Assembly (NCBI GenBank): GCA_040954595.2
Contig: CM082585.2
Span: 12,528,127 to 12,592,126, forward strand
Direction: 5' to 3'
From: Balanoglossus misakiensis
Taxonomy: Eukaryota > Animalia > Hemichordata
Length of the DNA: 64,000 nucleotides
The notes under the pieces are model-generated. The model made no database searches. It was given only the letters and a program-made list of their open reading frames with translations, and was not told the origin of the DNA. The position numbers were made by a program, and so were the translations under genes. This document shows, piece by piece, positions 63,478-64,000 of the stretch (positions are counted from its first letter, which is position 1; the number at the start of each line of letters is the position of its first letter).

Positions 63478-63536
63478 TTAACCCTTTCAACCCCAGTTCC
63501 CTCCAGAGAGGTCCAACTGTACCATAGAAAACAGTG
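63478..63536 (-). repeat. Partial inverted copy of the 85-bp TTAA mini-MITE
   Basis: ttaaccctttcaaccccagttccctccagagaggtccaactgtaccatagaaaaca is the approximate reverse complement of 41070-41125. Confidence 0.75.
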
Positions 63537-64000
63537 ACCTTGGTAGCAAAATTTGTCCTAATTCTTGCAGTACATTCAGCAGGACACTAAAAATATAAAG
63601 CAGGATTAAAATTCTGAACATGTACTATAAATAAACCTTTATCAACCTTATTCAAACTGTACTGTTCTCTATCTCTGTCTTTGATACCATCTGCTAACAT
63701 GTTTGACCTTTTCACTATAAACAGAAACTTCAGTTTACAGCTTGACTGAGACAACAGTTTTGTTCAACTGATGGTTATTTTTAGTCATAAGATACTTTTG
63801 CTGTTCCAAGTTCCCATTTTGGACTGTTTGTACATGTATGCATCAAAAACTATCACCACAATGAAGTGTATCTATTGACAAATTGAATTTGTAACACTTG
63901 CTCTGATTGGTCACACACTGGTTGGTTTGGAAGTGTACATGTATATGAATATTATGTTTATATTCAACATCCAAATATAACAAAATATGAAAGAATCTGT

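Overview
AT-rich, intron-rich animal genomic DNA; the proteins suggest an invertebrate deuterostome, but the taxon is only inferred. Four protein-coding genes were reconstructed by hand-splicing. (1) The 3' part of a GAP1-family RasGAP (RASA2/RASA3-like; 16 exons, + strand, 136-8661). (2, 3) Two intact tandem acetylcholinesterase-type genes on the - strand (15768-19998 and 26938-29522), each ending in a T/WAT tetramerisation exon. (4) A FARP1/2-like FERM-RhoGEF-PH-PH gene (- strand, at least 23 exons, 38666-55435) whose 5' end was not found in the window. The introns hold several young-looking non-autonomous transposons and a 5'-truncated L1-type LINE with a TSD. Two observations stand out. 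(a) The FARP gene has a 1.5-kb in-frame exon extension that would give an FRMD7-like, GEF-less isoform with tandem YxN motifs; a 27-bp long-range complementary pair (50540-50567 with 45739-45769) brackets its candidate poly(A) signals and may act as an RNA-structure isoform switch. (b) A hairpin-ended mobile element in a RASA intron has as its loop a perfect 84-bp copy of a splice acceptor and exon start from the same gene, 4.9 kb downstream.
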